A stretch of DNA of 64,000 bases, from NCBI RefSeq assembly GCF_009914755.1, contig NC_060928.1. One strand, given 5' to 3'. Under the pieces are notes generated by a model. It was not told where the DNA came from. It made no database searches and was given only the letters and a program-made list of their open reading frames with translations. Every line of letters begins with the position of its first letter. The first letter of the stretch is position 1. This DNA comes from the human T2T-CHM13v2.0 reference genome, Homo sapiens. The translations under genes were made by a program, and so were the position numbers. Shown here in pieces: positions 33,740-51,005 of this stretch.

Positions 33740-33945
33740 CTTGTGCTCCAGGGACTGCATTAGGTACTTTATATTTATTAAACTCATTTAATCTTCAAAA
33801 TCACTTCCAGACGTACTTAGTGATTATTGGCTCCATTTTCCATGTGAGGAAAGTAAAATCAAAAGAGGGTTCAGTAACTTGCCAAAGCTCGCATAATCAG
33901 CAAGAGGCAGGATTGGAAATTGAATGTGGGTCTGTCTGAATTCTT
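33740..33945 (-). mobile_element. MIR SINE
   Basis: MIR core CATTTAATCTTCA...CCATTTTCCATGTGAGGAAA...GTAACTTGCCAAAG. Confidence 0.7.
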
Positions 33946-34416
33946 TCTACAACATTGATTCCCTAACATCATAGGACATTGAAAACTAAGGGAGAAATAG
34001 ACTACAAGTTTAGAGAATGGCCCTAAAGAGATAGACTTAACTACTATTATAATAGTGTTATGTTCCTGTTCAATGGTTTTTAAAACTTGTAATTTAGACT
34101 TTTGCCTACTTTAAAAAGGATTCAGACAACTTTTATTAAGTAATTAAACACACTTTAGTTTTCTCCTTTGGTCTGTAGAATCATAGCGTATGGTCTACAA
34201 AATAGGAATCAAATATCAAAATAAATACTATAATATGTGATGGATACAACTTCAGAGAATACCAGTTGAGATAAATTTTCTCTTGATGTTGCTTCAAGCT
34301 TCCCAAGAAAGAAAAAGATGTACCAGAAAGATGCATTATCTAGCCAATCTGAACGTGAATATGACTATTTTTTATTACTAATGAATTTGTTAACCAGATT
34401 TCCTTCATTATATAGC

Positions 34417-34978
34417 AGTGTATTCATTTTTTATTGCTGTGTAACAAATCATTCCCAAAAACATAGGGGTAATTTAAACTTAAATAGTAAACATTTATTA
34501 ACACAAAGGTGTTTTCGTGGTTCAGGAATCCAGGAGTAATCTAGCAGGTAGTTCTGCCTCAAGGTCTTTTCTTGAGGTTACAGTCCAGTGTTGGCCAGGG
34601 ATAGACTTATCTGAAGGCTTTAACTGGAGCTGGAGAATCTGCTTCCAAAGTGGCTTACACACATGGCCATTGTCAGGAGGCCTAGTTTCTTGCCACATGG
34701 ACCTCTCCATGTAGCTGCTTGGGTATCCTCATAACATGTCAACTGGCTTCCTCCAAAGTGGCGAGCCAAAAGACAGAAAGAGGGGGATGCTACAAGACCT
34801 TTTATGGCTTAGTCTTAAAAGTGATACACTGCCATTTCCACAATATTTCTAATTTCCACCATTCTGTTTGTTAGAATTGAGTTACCAAGCTCAGCCCACA
34901 CTCATGGGGAGAGGAATTAAGCCTCACTTCTTGAGGGGAAGAGTATCAAAGAATTTGTGGACCTATTTTACCATCACA
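34417..34978 (-). mobile_element. MLT1-family MaLR solo LTR
   Basis: TATTGCTGTGTAACAAATCATTCCCAAA...TTTACCATCACA. Confidence 0.7.
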
Positions 34979-35276
34979 AACAGGAATTCCAAAGATGGCT
35001 ACAGTGAAAAATATCAAAATGATTATGTTTTGAAGGTAACTTTAATTTTGGACAGAAAGAAATATAATCCACCATAAATGTGGGGTTCAAATCTTTTTAC
35101 ATGGAGGGATAATGGCGCTGTGACATATACTAGATGAGGGCACTCTTTAACCAGCCACACAAGAGAAAAATATGTGTTTTTCTGTCTAAAATAGGATACT
35201 GAACCCTTCTCAGAGACTGTCCTTTGGGTTTGGATTATGAAGAACGAAGGAGTTGTTTAGAAAGTATGGCTCTACA

Positions 35277-35574
35277 GCCAGGCAGTGGCTCACACCTATA
35301 ATCCTAGCACTTTGGGAGGCCAAGGCTGGCGGATTGCTTGAGCTCAGGAGTTCAAGACCAGCCTAGGTAACATGGTGAAACCCCGTCTCTTCAGCAAATA
35401 CAAAAATTAGCCAGGCACAGTGGCATGCACCTGTAGTTCCAGCTACTTGGGAGGCTGAGGTGGGAGGATTGCTTGGGCCTTGGAGGCAGAGGTTGCAGTT
35501 AACTGTGATGCTGCCACTGTACTCCAGCCTGGGTGACAGAGCAAGACAATGTCTCAAAAAAAAAAAAAAAAAAA
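35277..35574 (+). mobile_element. AluJ element whose tail hosts the full-length L1
   Basis: Full dimer and A19 tail; 5' TSD at 35261-35276 and 3' TSD displaced to 41762-41777. Confidence 0.93.
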
Positions 35575-36613
35575 GAGAGAGGTGGGAGCCAAGATGGCCG
35601 AATAGGAACAGGTCCAGTCTACAGCTCCCAGCGTGAGCGATGCAGAAGACGGGTGATTTCTGCATTTCCATCTGAGGTACCGGGTTCATCTCACTAGGGA
35701 GTGCCAGACAGTGGGCACAGGACAGTGGGTGCAGCGCACCATGCCTGAGCCGAAGCAGGGAGAGGCATTGCCTCACTCGGGAAGCGCAAGGGGTCAGGGA
35801 GTTCCCTTTCCTAGTCAAAGAAAGGGGTGACAGACAGCACCTGGAAAATCGGGTCACTCCCACCCCAATACTGCGCTTTCCCAACAGGCTTAAAAAAAGG
35901 CGCACCAGGAGATTATATCCCGCACATGGCTCGGAGGGTCCTACGCCCACGGAGTCTTGCTGATTGCTAGCACAGCAGTCTGAGATCAAACTGCAAGATG
36001 GCAGGGAGGCTGGGGGAGGGGAGCCCGCCATTGCCCAGGCTTGCTTAGGTAAAGAAAGCAGCCGGGAAGCTCGAACTGGGTGGAGCCCACCACAGCTCAA
36101 GGAGGCCTGCCTGCCTCTGTAGGCTCCACCTCTGGGGGCAGGGCACAGACGAAAAAAAAGACAGCAGTAACCTCTGCAGACTTAAATGTCCATGTCTGAC
36201 AGCTTTGAAGAGAGCAGTGGTTCTCCCAGCATGCAGCTGGAGATCTGAGAATGGGCAGACTGCCTCCTCAAGTGGGTCCCTGACCCCTGACCCCCGAGCA
36301 GCCTAACTGGGAGGCACCCCCCAGTAGGGGCAGACTGACACCTCACACAGCAGGGTACTCCTCTGAGACAAAATTCCAGAGGAACGATCAGACAGCAGCA
36401 TTCGCGGTTCACGAAAATCTGCTGTTCTGCAGCCACCGCTGCTGGTACCCAGGCAAACAGGGTCTGGAGTGGACCTCTAGCAAACTCCAACAGACCTGCA
36501 GCTGAGGGTCCTGTCTGTTAGAAGGAAAACTAACAAACAGAAAGGACATCCACACCAAAAACCCATCTGTACATCACCATCATCAAAGACCAAAAGTAGA
36601 TAAAACCACAAAG

Positions 36614-37630
36614 ACGGGGAAAAAACAGAGCAGAAAAACTGGAAACTCTAAAAAGCAGAGCGCCTCTCCTCCTCCAAAGGAACGCAGCTCCTCACCAGCA
36701 ACGGAACACAGCTGGACGGAGAATGACTTTGACGAGATGAGAGAAGAAGGCTTCAGACGATCAAACTACTCCGAGCTACAGGAGGAAATTCAAACCAAAG
36801 GCAAAGAAGTTGAAAACTTTGAAAAAAATTTAGATGAATGTATAACTAGAATAACCAATACAGAGAAGTGCTTAAAGGAGCTGCTGGAGTGGAAAGCCAA
36901 GGCTCGAGAACTACGTGAAGAATGCAGAAGCTTCAGGAGCCGATGCAATCAACTGGAAGAAAGGGTATCAGTGATGGAAGATGAAATGAATGAAATGAAG
37001 CAAGAAGGGAAGTTTAGAGAAAAAAGAATAAAAAGAAACAAACAAAGCCTCCAAGAAATATGGGACTATGTGGAAAGACCAAATCTACGTCTGATTGGTG
37101 TACCTGAAAGTGATGGGGAGAATGGAACCAAGTTGGAAAACACTCTGCAGAATATTATCCAGGAGAACTTCCCCAATCTAGCAAGGCAGGCCAACATTCA
37201 GATTCAGGAAATACAGAGAACGCCACAAAGATACTCCTCGAGAAGAGCAACTCCAAGACACATAATTGTCAGATTCACCAAAGTTGAAATGAAGGAAAAA
37301 ATGTTAAGGGCAGCCAGAGACAAAGTTCGGGTTACCCACAAAGGGAAGCCCATCAGACTAACAGTGGATCTCTCGGCAGAAACCCTACAAGCCAGAAGAG
37401 ACTGGGGGCCAATATTCAACATTCTTAAAGAGAAGAATTTTCAACCCAGAATTTCATATCCAGCCAAACTAAGCTTCATAAGTGAAGGAGAAATAAAATA
37501 CTTCACAGACAAGCAAATGCTGAGAGATTTTGTCACCACCAGGCCTGCCCTAAAAGAGCTCCTGAAGGAAGCACTAAACATGGAAAGGAACAACTGGTAC
37601 CGGCCACTGCAAAATCATGCCAAATTGTAA
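36614..37630 (+). pseudogene. L1 ORF1: open for 338 codons but start codon is ACG; first ATG is codon 42 (36737)
   Basis: AAGACGGGGAAAAAACAG at the expected start, no stop until 37628-37630, REKG motif changed to RDKV. Confidence 0.88.
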
Positions 37631-37693
37631 AGACCATCGAGGCTAGGAAGAAACTGCATCAACTAACGAGCAAAATAACCAGCTAACATCATA

Positions 37694-41512
<3,819 letters not shown>

Positions 41513-43367
41513 AACAATGAGAACACATGGACACAGGAAGGGGAACATCACACTCTGGGGACTTTTGTGGGGTGGGGGGAGGGGGGAGGGATAGCTTTAG
41601 GAGGTATACCTAATGCTAAATGACGAGTTAATGGGTGCAGCACACCAGCATGGCACATGTATACATATGTAACTAACCTGCACATTGTGCACATGTACCC
41701 TAAAACTTAAAAGTATAATAATAATAAAATAAAAAATAAAAATAAATAAAAGAAAAGAAATAAATTATGGGTTTACAAGGATTGGAGAACATCCAGAATG
41801 AGATGATTTAGGATGTAGCAGCAGAGTAAAACATGTCTCTTTAAGACTTTTGTAGCAGCCCAAAAGGCAAAAGAGAAGAAAGAGAATACAGTGGTGAGAT
41901 AAAGGTAGCATAGGCAGTTAGAGAGAGGAAAGGCAGACCTGGATAAGGAACTGAGCAAAGGCTGTTCAACCACACTCTGATGACACCAGCCGAATCAGCT
42001 AGGCAGAGACAGTTTCCAGGTGAGTTTGTATCCTGAAGCCAACAAAGGACTGTCACTGCTGAGCTCTGGACCAAGGTTGTGCCACATGAGGGATGCTCTA
42101 GCTAATTTCTCAATCTTTATTAAACAGGGTGGGGGAAGGGAGGCCATCTTCCCTAAATATTTATGTCATTCCTCTCCTAAAGAACTTGGCTTGATAAGTT
42201 AGAATTAATTTGAAGATCCCCTTTATTCTCTTTCCTGAGCTTCCAGTGAAAAGTAAGCTTGAGCCATCTCTTTACCCTTCTCTTAAATGCTCACACCAAC
42301 CCTTTGTTCCAGATTATTTTCCCTCTTCTATCTCATTTCACATAACTAAAAGATAGGTAGTAGTATTCTCATTTATTCAAACTTGGAAATAGAGTATGGA
42401 GAGATCATGCATAAGCACCTCTTCAGTGTCAACTTACACGTCTTCGTATCACCAACATTTTGCATGTGCTTTGTAATTGAACTCACAGCCCTGGGATTTT
42501 CTCCTCGTCCATCTCAGTGCCATAGACTGCGTGTTTCCCTCCTCACCTCTATGCCTTTTATAAGCAGGGTGAGAAAAGTGCTGTCCCACAGAATTTAGGG
42601 TGGGGCACATGATCGAGGGACATGTGTTTTCAGATGGGAAGATCACATTCCCGTGATGGCTGCAGTGAATAGCGGAAACCTAACCAGGAGGACAGTGTGG
42701 GGTAGTGGGAGAATAACTTTGGGTCTAAGAAGATAAGTGCTCACCGGCAGGCTCTACTCCCTTTCTACCCTTGCAGAAATTACGTAATTTCTTGGACTTC
42801 TGTTTACTTATTTGTATAATGGGAATAATAAGAGCTACCTTATAAAATTCTTAAAAGGCTTCAATGAGAAAATGTAAGTCCATTTCTTTATTTCCTTTCT
42901 CCTACTTTCTTCCCATCCTCCATTTCAATTAAGAGTGTGTTTTTGTCACAGGACTTGGAGGCCCAGTTGATATGTGGGTAATACTAAAAAGTGTCAAGAA
43001 TTTAGAATTTCTTTTTATGGGCCCAGGTCTTGTAAAAACTAGTTTATTTGCATTAATTTCATTTAATTCTCAGAATCAATCTGAGAAGGGCTTGGTGACT
43101 ACTGGCCTCATTTTACAGATGAAGAAACTGAACTTTAGAGACAGTTACATGATTTACAAATAAATGGTGTTATAAAATCCCTGTTAGATTCATGCTGGAA
43201 CTAAATCTAGAATAAAGTGATCAATGGTCATTGAAAGCGACCATTTTGTACAGCTTTACTCAGAGTTGACACACATACTTTTCACATTCCGTATGTGTAA
43301 AATTCAAGGATGATCTACTTCTTTTAGATAAATGTCATTTGATTATGTTGTAAATTAATACGTGTAA

Positions 43368-43460
<93 letters not shown>

Positions 43461-43559
43461 TAAGTACTTCTTCAAATTGAATCTCAAGTTTTAATTATGT
43501 GATTCTAAGTCATCTTCTGCATTTAAGACCATTTCTTGCTTGACAGGTTAGTTATTTGT

Positions 43560-43700
43560 CTCTTTTCTCCTCCCTCCCCTCTTTCCTCCTCCTCTTCCTT
43601 CCTCTTCCTCCTCCTCCTTCTTCCTTCTCCTCCTCTTCCTTCCCCCTTTCTCTATCCTTATTCCTCCACCTCCTTCTTTTTCTCCTTCCTCTTCTTATTT
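43560..43700. repeat. CT-rich low-complexity (polypyrimidine) tract
   Basis: Almost pure C/T, (CCT)n-like. Confidence 0.9.
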
Positions 43701-45224
43701 TCTCATCTTTTATTACTGGCTTTTTTGTTATAACAGTAGACAGTTTTTCATTTGATTCATTTCCTTTTTTTTTTCCTTTTTGGTCTCATATATGACTTTA
43801 GTGAAATTTCTTAGTGAATTAGTGATATAACCACAACTGTGTTCTGATTTGATATATTTCTGTAGGGGCAAATGTAAGAGTATTTCTTCATAACAGATAC
43901 AGAAAAGAGAAAGACTTAAAATACATTTTTGTGTTTTTCTTTGCTTATAAGACCATCAAATTCACTATCCTGAAATATGCTTCTTTCTCAAAAAAATTTC
44001 TTTAGTAAAAAATTTATGCACTATTATTTAAAAAGACATACAGTAGAGACGGTATTGACTGGTTTTGTTCGTGTCCTTCCATATATTTTCTATACAATAA
44101 AAATATACATACTCCCTTTTTAATAAAAGTATGCTGTTATGCATATTTTTCTGCTTCTTGCGTTTTTAACCTTCTTGATTGGAAGGCAGAAATTTGAGGT
44201 AACATTTAACATAAAATTGGGTATGGGAAATCGATTTTTCTCTTAGTGACTTTTGTTCTTGTATTTCTGAGGGCTAAAATGGTATCTTTATGTTTAAAGC
44301 CTTAGGAGTATATCAGTACAAAAATCCAAAGGCAGTTTATACATTTTTCCAAACCATAGTGATATCAGCTCTCTGTTTATCTATAGTGGATCTTTGTTCT
44401 CATTGTTCTTACAGTATCATGAAGGAATTTTCTGTGATTGTGTCATCTGGGAAAATTATCTAGTTTGCAGTGTTCTCTAGAGGAACTGCTGAGGAGGCAC
44501 ATCCCTGTCAAACCTGATTGCTTACCAACATTTTCCAGATAAGTGAGCTACAAAGAGCTGGGCATCCATAAATAGTGCTTTTACCTTTTACTAGTAAGGA
44601 AAGTTTTAACCAATGAAGAGTAAGAATGTGGTTATGAACTGCCTCTTTAAGTTTACTCAACAGAAGAAAACTTTGCCATATTTTGCCCTAATTGAAGCTT
44701 TCTGTTTTCATAAAACCAGAGATTATCAAAGATTAAATTTTTGCAATGATTTTCATACATATAAATAGTCCATTGGAGTTGTCCTACAAATTCCATTAGA
44801 GTAGACTGGGGACAGAGGGACTTAATTTCTCTTTCATCTTGAAATTTATCTTCCATTGATAGTGGAAGTATCTTTTTGATGGCAGCAAATTTAACTCTTT
44901 TCTACTTCAAGTGAGAATTTAAAGAGCAAACTACGATAATAAATGTGAAGATCCATTGAGTTCTTAAAACCAAGAAGCACAGTGAATCCAGGATGTTATT
45001 AATAGACATTTTGTAATAAATTTTTATAACAACTTTTTTTCTGATTATGAAAGATATTAAGGGCCAATTGTGAAAAATTACAAGAAGACCAAAAAGTGTA
45101 GAGACTTGATTATCTTTTTAAAGTTGTGAGCTGGTTAATTCTCTATGAGCCACAGAAAACTGACTATATACTAACAGTTTAACGTTGTGACCAAATTAAA
45201 GCTATAACAATTTCCTTCACCATT

Positions 45225-45845
45225 CCCCACTAATTCATCAGCAAGTCCTGATCAGTCTGTCTTCAAAATCTCCAATCTGTCCATTTCTCTTTATCTTTAC
45301 TATTGCCCTGTCCAGCCACTGCTATCTCTCACACACTACAGTAGCCTCCTAACTGGTCTCCTTCCCTTCATTCTTGCCACTTGAACTAATTTTCATATAG
45401 CAGCGTGATCTTTCTACATTATTATCTGGTTCCTACCTACCCCTCTGACTTCAGATATCAAACCACACGTGCCTCCTTTGCACTGTATTGCAAACACCCT
45501 GGCAAAGCTTTTCCCCAGCCCAGGGCTTTTGTACTTTTTCTTCTTGCTGGATCTTTCTGACATTGGAATATCAGCTCAAATGCCCTTTCTCAGAGATTCT
45601 TCTCCAACCATTCAACCTAAAATAGCCAATCTGTCACACCACCCATTCACATTGTGCTATTTTCTGCATAGTCCTTTATATGAATTTGTGTTTTTTACTT
45701 TTTGTTCATTTGCTGTCTTTCTCCATTAGAACATAAGCTTCATGGGAGCTCATTGTCTTTTGTCTTGATATTTTTACTGCCATACCTCCAGCAATGAGAA
45801 TAGTGCCTGGAATGTAGTAGTCACTCAAATATTTGTTAGATGAAT
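45225..45845 (+). mobile_element. L2 3' fragment
   Basis: CAGTAGCCTCCTAACTGGTCTCC...GTGCCTGGAATGTAGTAGTCACTCAAATATTTGTT. Confidence 0.75.
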
Positions 45846-46603
45846 CAGCAAATAATTATTTTGATATGCCGATAGCATATGTACCTGCTATTTTGTCATT
45901 CAGTGAGCTGTTCCAATAAATGCTTGCAGTCAATGCTGTGTTACTTTTATATGGCTAAAACCAAGTATTTCGGTTTTTTCTGTCATTTTGTTTTTTGAGT
46001 TCTTTAATGTTATACCTTCAGTAGTAAAGAGGGGAGGAAATAACTTATGCTTATTATGTACTTACTGTTTACCAGTAAATAATAAGCATAATAAGAACTT
46101 ATGCTTGTTATGTTCTAGGCATTCTGCATGTGAGCTAGATTGTATTAACCCTGTTTTTACAGAGTTGGAAACCAAAGTTAGAGAAAGGTTAGGTGATTTG
46201 CCTGTGATAGCTACCTAGAAAGAGCTGTGATAAGCCAGATCTGTTCTATTACAAAGTTCAAAATCTCTTTATCATTCCACGTTGCCTGAAAGATTTCAGG
46301 AGTTGTAAATGGTTAAAAGACAGTCAGAGGTAAAAACAACCTACATTTTTTACAAAAAGGGTACTTCAGCCCTTTCTTTTATAAATATGTCACTTGTGTT
46401 AGCCCTGTGGTTCTTCCATAGAGCCATCTACTTGATACACTTGAGAGTAGGTTTTAGGGTAAAAAGTTTGGACAGGGTAAATTTCTTTACACAATCCGTC
46501 AGTAACATTCTAGCAGCAATTCTATTGAAGGAAGAGAGGAGTGAGGAAGATAGCCTATGTAGTTGGGAAAGATCCAGTTCCCTTAGGAGCACACAAAAAA
46601 TGA

Positions 46604-46966
<363 letters not shown>

Positions 46967-47639
46967 TGACAAAGTAGGAGGTCCAGTGCAATAAACCCAG
47001 AAAGAGAAATTATCCTTTATAAGTAGAAATTAGCTCTCTCCTCTTACTTTTAAATTTAAGCTTTATCCAAGCTAGGACTACTTTTCAGAAATCGTAATTA
47101 AATGGTGTGTCTTACTTTGGAATTTTGTGACTTTGATTTTATAATGTAAGGTTATCAAGTTAGAATTATGTTTCTGTACAAAAAAAAAAAAAGTGGATGA
47201 CATGGTTGACTAACAGTATTCTCAGTTAAAATACAAAGTCCACTAGTCTACCAAAATCTTTTTTTACATGAACATATGTGATTAGCTTTTGGCTTGTCCC
47301 ATGGATCGCATACCAATAGTAAAACTGTATGACGGTTAAGAATTATCAATATGATTTTAGTTATATCTGTGAACCTAGAATAACTTTATTATTGAATGAT
47401 TGACAAGATTATTTCAGACATTTTCATCAGTGTAGATCACCATATAATCTATTTAGTTACAGCATTTGTATTAGTATTAAATGAGGCATTATGCCATAGC
47501 CACTTCTCTGCTCTTGAAGAAACCTAGGCTATGTTACAGTAGAAACCTAATTCAAGTTCCTACTCTTCATAAGACTCTACAATGTATGATCAAATAAATG
47601 CCTTTTTGACAGCTTAATAGTTATTTAAATTGATGTATC

Positions 47640-47782
47640 AATCACTTTGCTCAGTTTCCTCATCTGTAAAATGGAGGAAATAATAGTCCCTACTTCATGG
47701 AAGATTTATGAGTTATTACACGTGAAGTATTTAGAATTGTGCCCGGCACATTGTAGTTGTAGTTATGGGAGCATTATTATAC
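47640..47782 (+). mobile_element. MIR SINE
   Basis: CTCAGTTTCCTCATCTGTAAAATGG core. Confidence 0.8.
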
Positions 47783-47861
47783 AATTACTATTTGAAAGGA
47801 GATGAGGTGTTAGAGCATGTTCAAAAGATGCTTTGCCTTCTGGTATTTTTTTTGTCCTTAG

Positions 47862-48299
<438 letters not shown>

Positions 48300-48356
48300 T
48301 AAGAAGTATGAGATATATAATTCTACCTAATATTTTCATAAGAATATATAAGCATT

Positions 48357-48770
48357 GGCTGGGCATGGTGGCTCATGCCTGTAATCCTCGTGCTTTGGGA
48401 GACTGAGGTGGGAGGATCACTTGAGGCCAAGAGTTCAAGACCAGCCTGGACAACATATGGAGACCCTATCTCCACAAAAACTTTAAACATTAGCAGAGCA
48501 TGGTGGCACACACCTGTATTCCAGCTACTCAGTAGGCTGAGGTGGGAGGATTACTTGAACCCAGGAGTTGGGCTCCCCACTCAATCATAGTTGCAGTGAG
48601 CTATGATTGCACCACTGCACTACAGTGGGGCAACAGAATGAGACCCTATCTCAGGAAAGGAAAGGAAAAGGAAAAAGAAGAGGGAAAAGGGAAGAGAAAA
48701 GGAAAAAGGAAAGGAGAAAGAAAGGGGAAAGGAAAGGGGGAGGGAAGAGGCAAGGGAAGGGAAGGGAAGG
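48357..48770 (+). mobile_element. AluJ element with a long GA-rich tail (48653-48770)
   Basis: Dimer with a ~20-nt insertion in the right arm; TSD-like ATATAAG on both sides. Confidence 0.9.
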
Positions 48771-50947
48771 ATATAAGTGTTCGATATAGATAGAAACATA
48801 GAAAGTAACTAGATAACTTTACCTTTAAAAGAGAAAGACCCTGGTTCCAAAGACTGTCTCATGCCCATTCTGGGGTCTTTTATCCTCAGTCACAGGGCCC
48901 ATGCCCACTTCATGAGTCAGAAGGTACCATCTCGTGAGGCTTGCCATTCTACCTGGCCATTACTTAGGTTCTTGCCCCTCTGTCAGAATTTCTTCATTAA
49001 AGAAACCTCTTCCCTCAAAATATATAGTCCCTTCTTTCTGTGATAGTAGAGGTACTTAATGTTTTAGGGGCAGTGTGTTTAGAATTTAGATACATTAAAT
49101 ATTATCTTCCCTCGAAGAAGTTTAAGATGTTCTAAAGTATTGTCTATTTGGGGCTTACAGATTCCATGTGAAGGCTACCTCTTTTTCATTGAGATTTTTG
49201 TTAATTTAGCATATATTTCTTTAAAAGATTTATATGCTTTTCTTTATTTCACCCTAAAAGAATATCAAATTAAGAAATCACTGTGTGAATTCTGGTATAC
49301 ATTTTTAATTCATTGCCTTAAACCATAGCTGTTGCTTATCTTGCCAGTGCTTTGGCTGCTTTTATCCTTGTTACGTCTAACACTGCTGTGTGGAGATCAG
49401 TGTTCATTGTGCCGGTTGCTCAAGTCTGTGCCATGCTTTGCAGAATCCAGAAAAACCTCTAGATGTTCACAGTCAGGTTGAGCAGGTGAAATTAATACAC
49501 AGGAAACAGTGAGGATCTGGCTTAGATGTTTTCTACATTTTGTAGTCCAGTTAGGAGATTAAGAACAATACTTTTGGGAAGAGAGCTAGATACCTTTTGC
49601 TAAAGTAGTCTAAAGCTCTATTTGATTAATATAAAATTTGAACAACAATAACATTTGAAGTTTTTTTTATTCTATTTTTTACTGCAGTTTTAGGTTCACA
49701 GTAAAATTGAGAGAAAGGTACAGATTTCCCACGTACCCCCTTCCCCCATACATCATACATGCATAGCCTCTCCATTATCAACATTCCCCACCACAGGGGT
49801 ACAGTTGTTATAATTGATGAACCTACATTGACACATCATAATAACCCAAAGTCCATCATTTACATTAGGGTTCATTCTTGGTGGTGTACATTCTATAGAT
49901 TTAGACAGATTATAATGACATGGATCCATCCTTTTAGTATCATACAGAGTAGTTTCACAGCCCCAGAAATCCTCTGTGTTCTGCCTATCCCTCTCTTTCA
50001 TCCCTCCCTTTCCATTAACCCCTGGAAACAAATGATCTTTTCACTGCCTCCATCATTTTGCATTTTCCAAAATGTTATATAGTTGTAATCATATGGTATG
50101 TAGTCTTTTCAGATTGGCTTCTTTCACTTAGTAATATACATTTTAAGTTCCTCTTTGTCTTTTTACAGCTTGATAGCTCATTTCTTTTTAATGCTGAATA
50201 GTATTTCATTGTTCAGGTATACCATAGTTTATTTATCCATTCGCTGAAAATCTCTGTTGCTCCCATGTTTGGGCAATTAATTCTTGGTCAAATAGCAAGA
50301 GAATGTTTAGTTTTGTAAGAAACTACCAAACTGTCTTCCAAAGTGGCTGTATTTTGTATTCCTACCAGCAATGAATGAGAGTTCCTGTTGTTCCATATCC
50401 TTGTCAGGACTTAGTTTTGTCAGTATTTTGGATTTGGGTCATTCTACTGTGTGTCTAGTTCTGTCTCATTGTTATTTTAATTTGCATTTCCCTGATGACC
50501 ATATGATGTGGAATATCTTTTCATGTGCTTATTTGCCTTCTGAATATCTTGTTTGGTGAAGTGTTTGTTAAGGCCTTTGGCCCATTTTTTTTTAATTCGG
50601 TAGGTTTTTGGGGAACAGGTGGTGTTTGGTTACATGAATAAGTCCATTAGTGGCAATTTCTGCAATTTTGGTCCACCCATCACCCAAGGAGTATACACTG
50701 TACCTAATGTGTAGTCTTTTATCTCTTGCCACCCCCTGCTCTTTCCCCCAAGTTCCCAAAGTCCAATGTATCATTCTTATGCCTTTGCATCCTCATAGCT
50801 TAGCTCCCACCTATGAGTGAGAACATATGATGTTTGGTTTTCCATTTCTGAGTTACTTCACTTAGAATAATAGTCTCCAATTCCATCCAGGTTGCTGCAA
50901 ATGCCATTATTTTGTTCCTTTTTATGGCGGAGTATAGTGTTCCATGG

Positions 50948-50953
<6 letters not shown>

Positions 50954-51002
<49 letters not shown>
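50954..51002. repeat. (TA)n microsatellite, about 24 units
   Basis: Perfect TA run inside the L1. Confidence 0.95.

Positions 51003-51005
<3 letters not shown>

Noticed and set aside
48542-48793. Lys/Gly/Glu-rich ORFs, and Pro/Ser/Phe-rich ORFs at 43536-43795
   Set aside because: They are artefacts of translating low-complexity purine or pyrimidine tracts.
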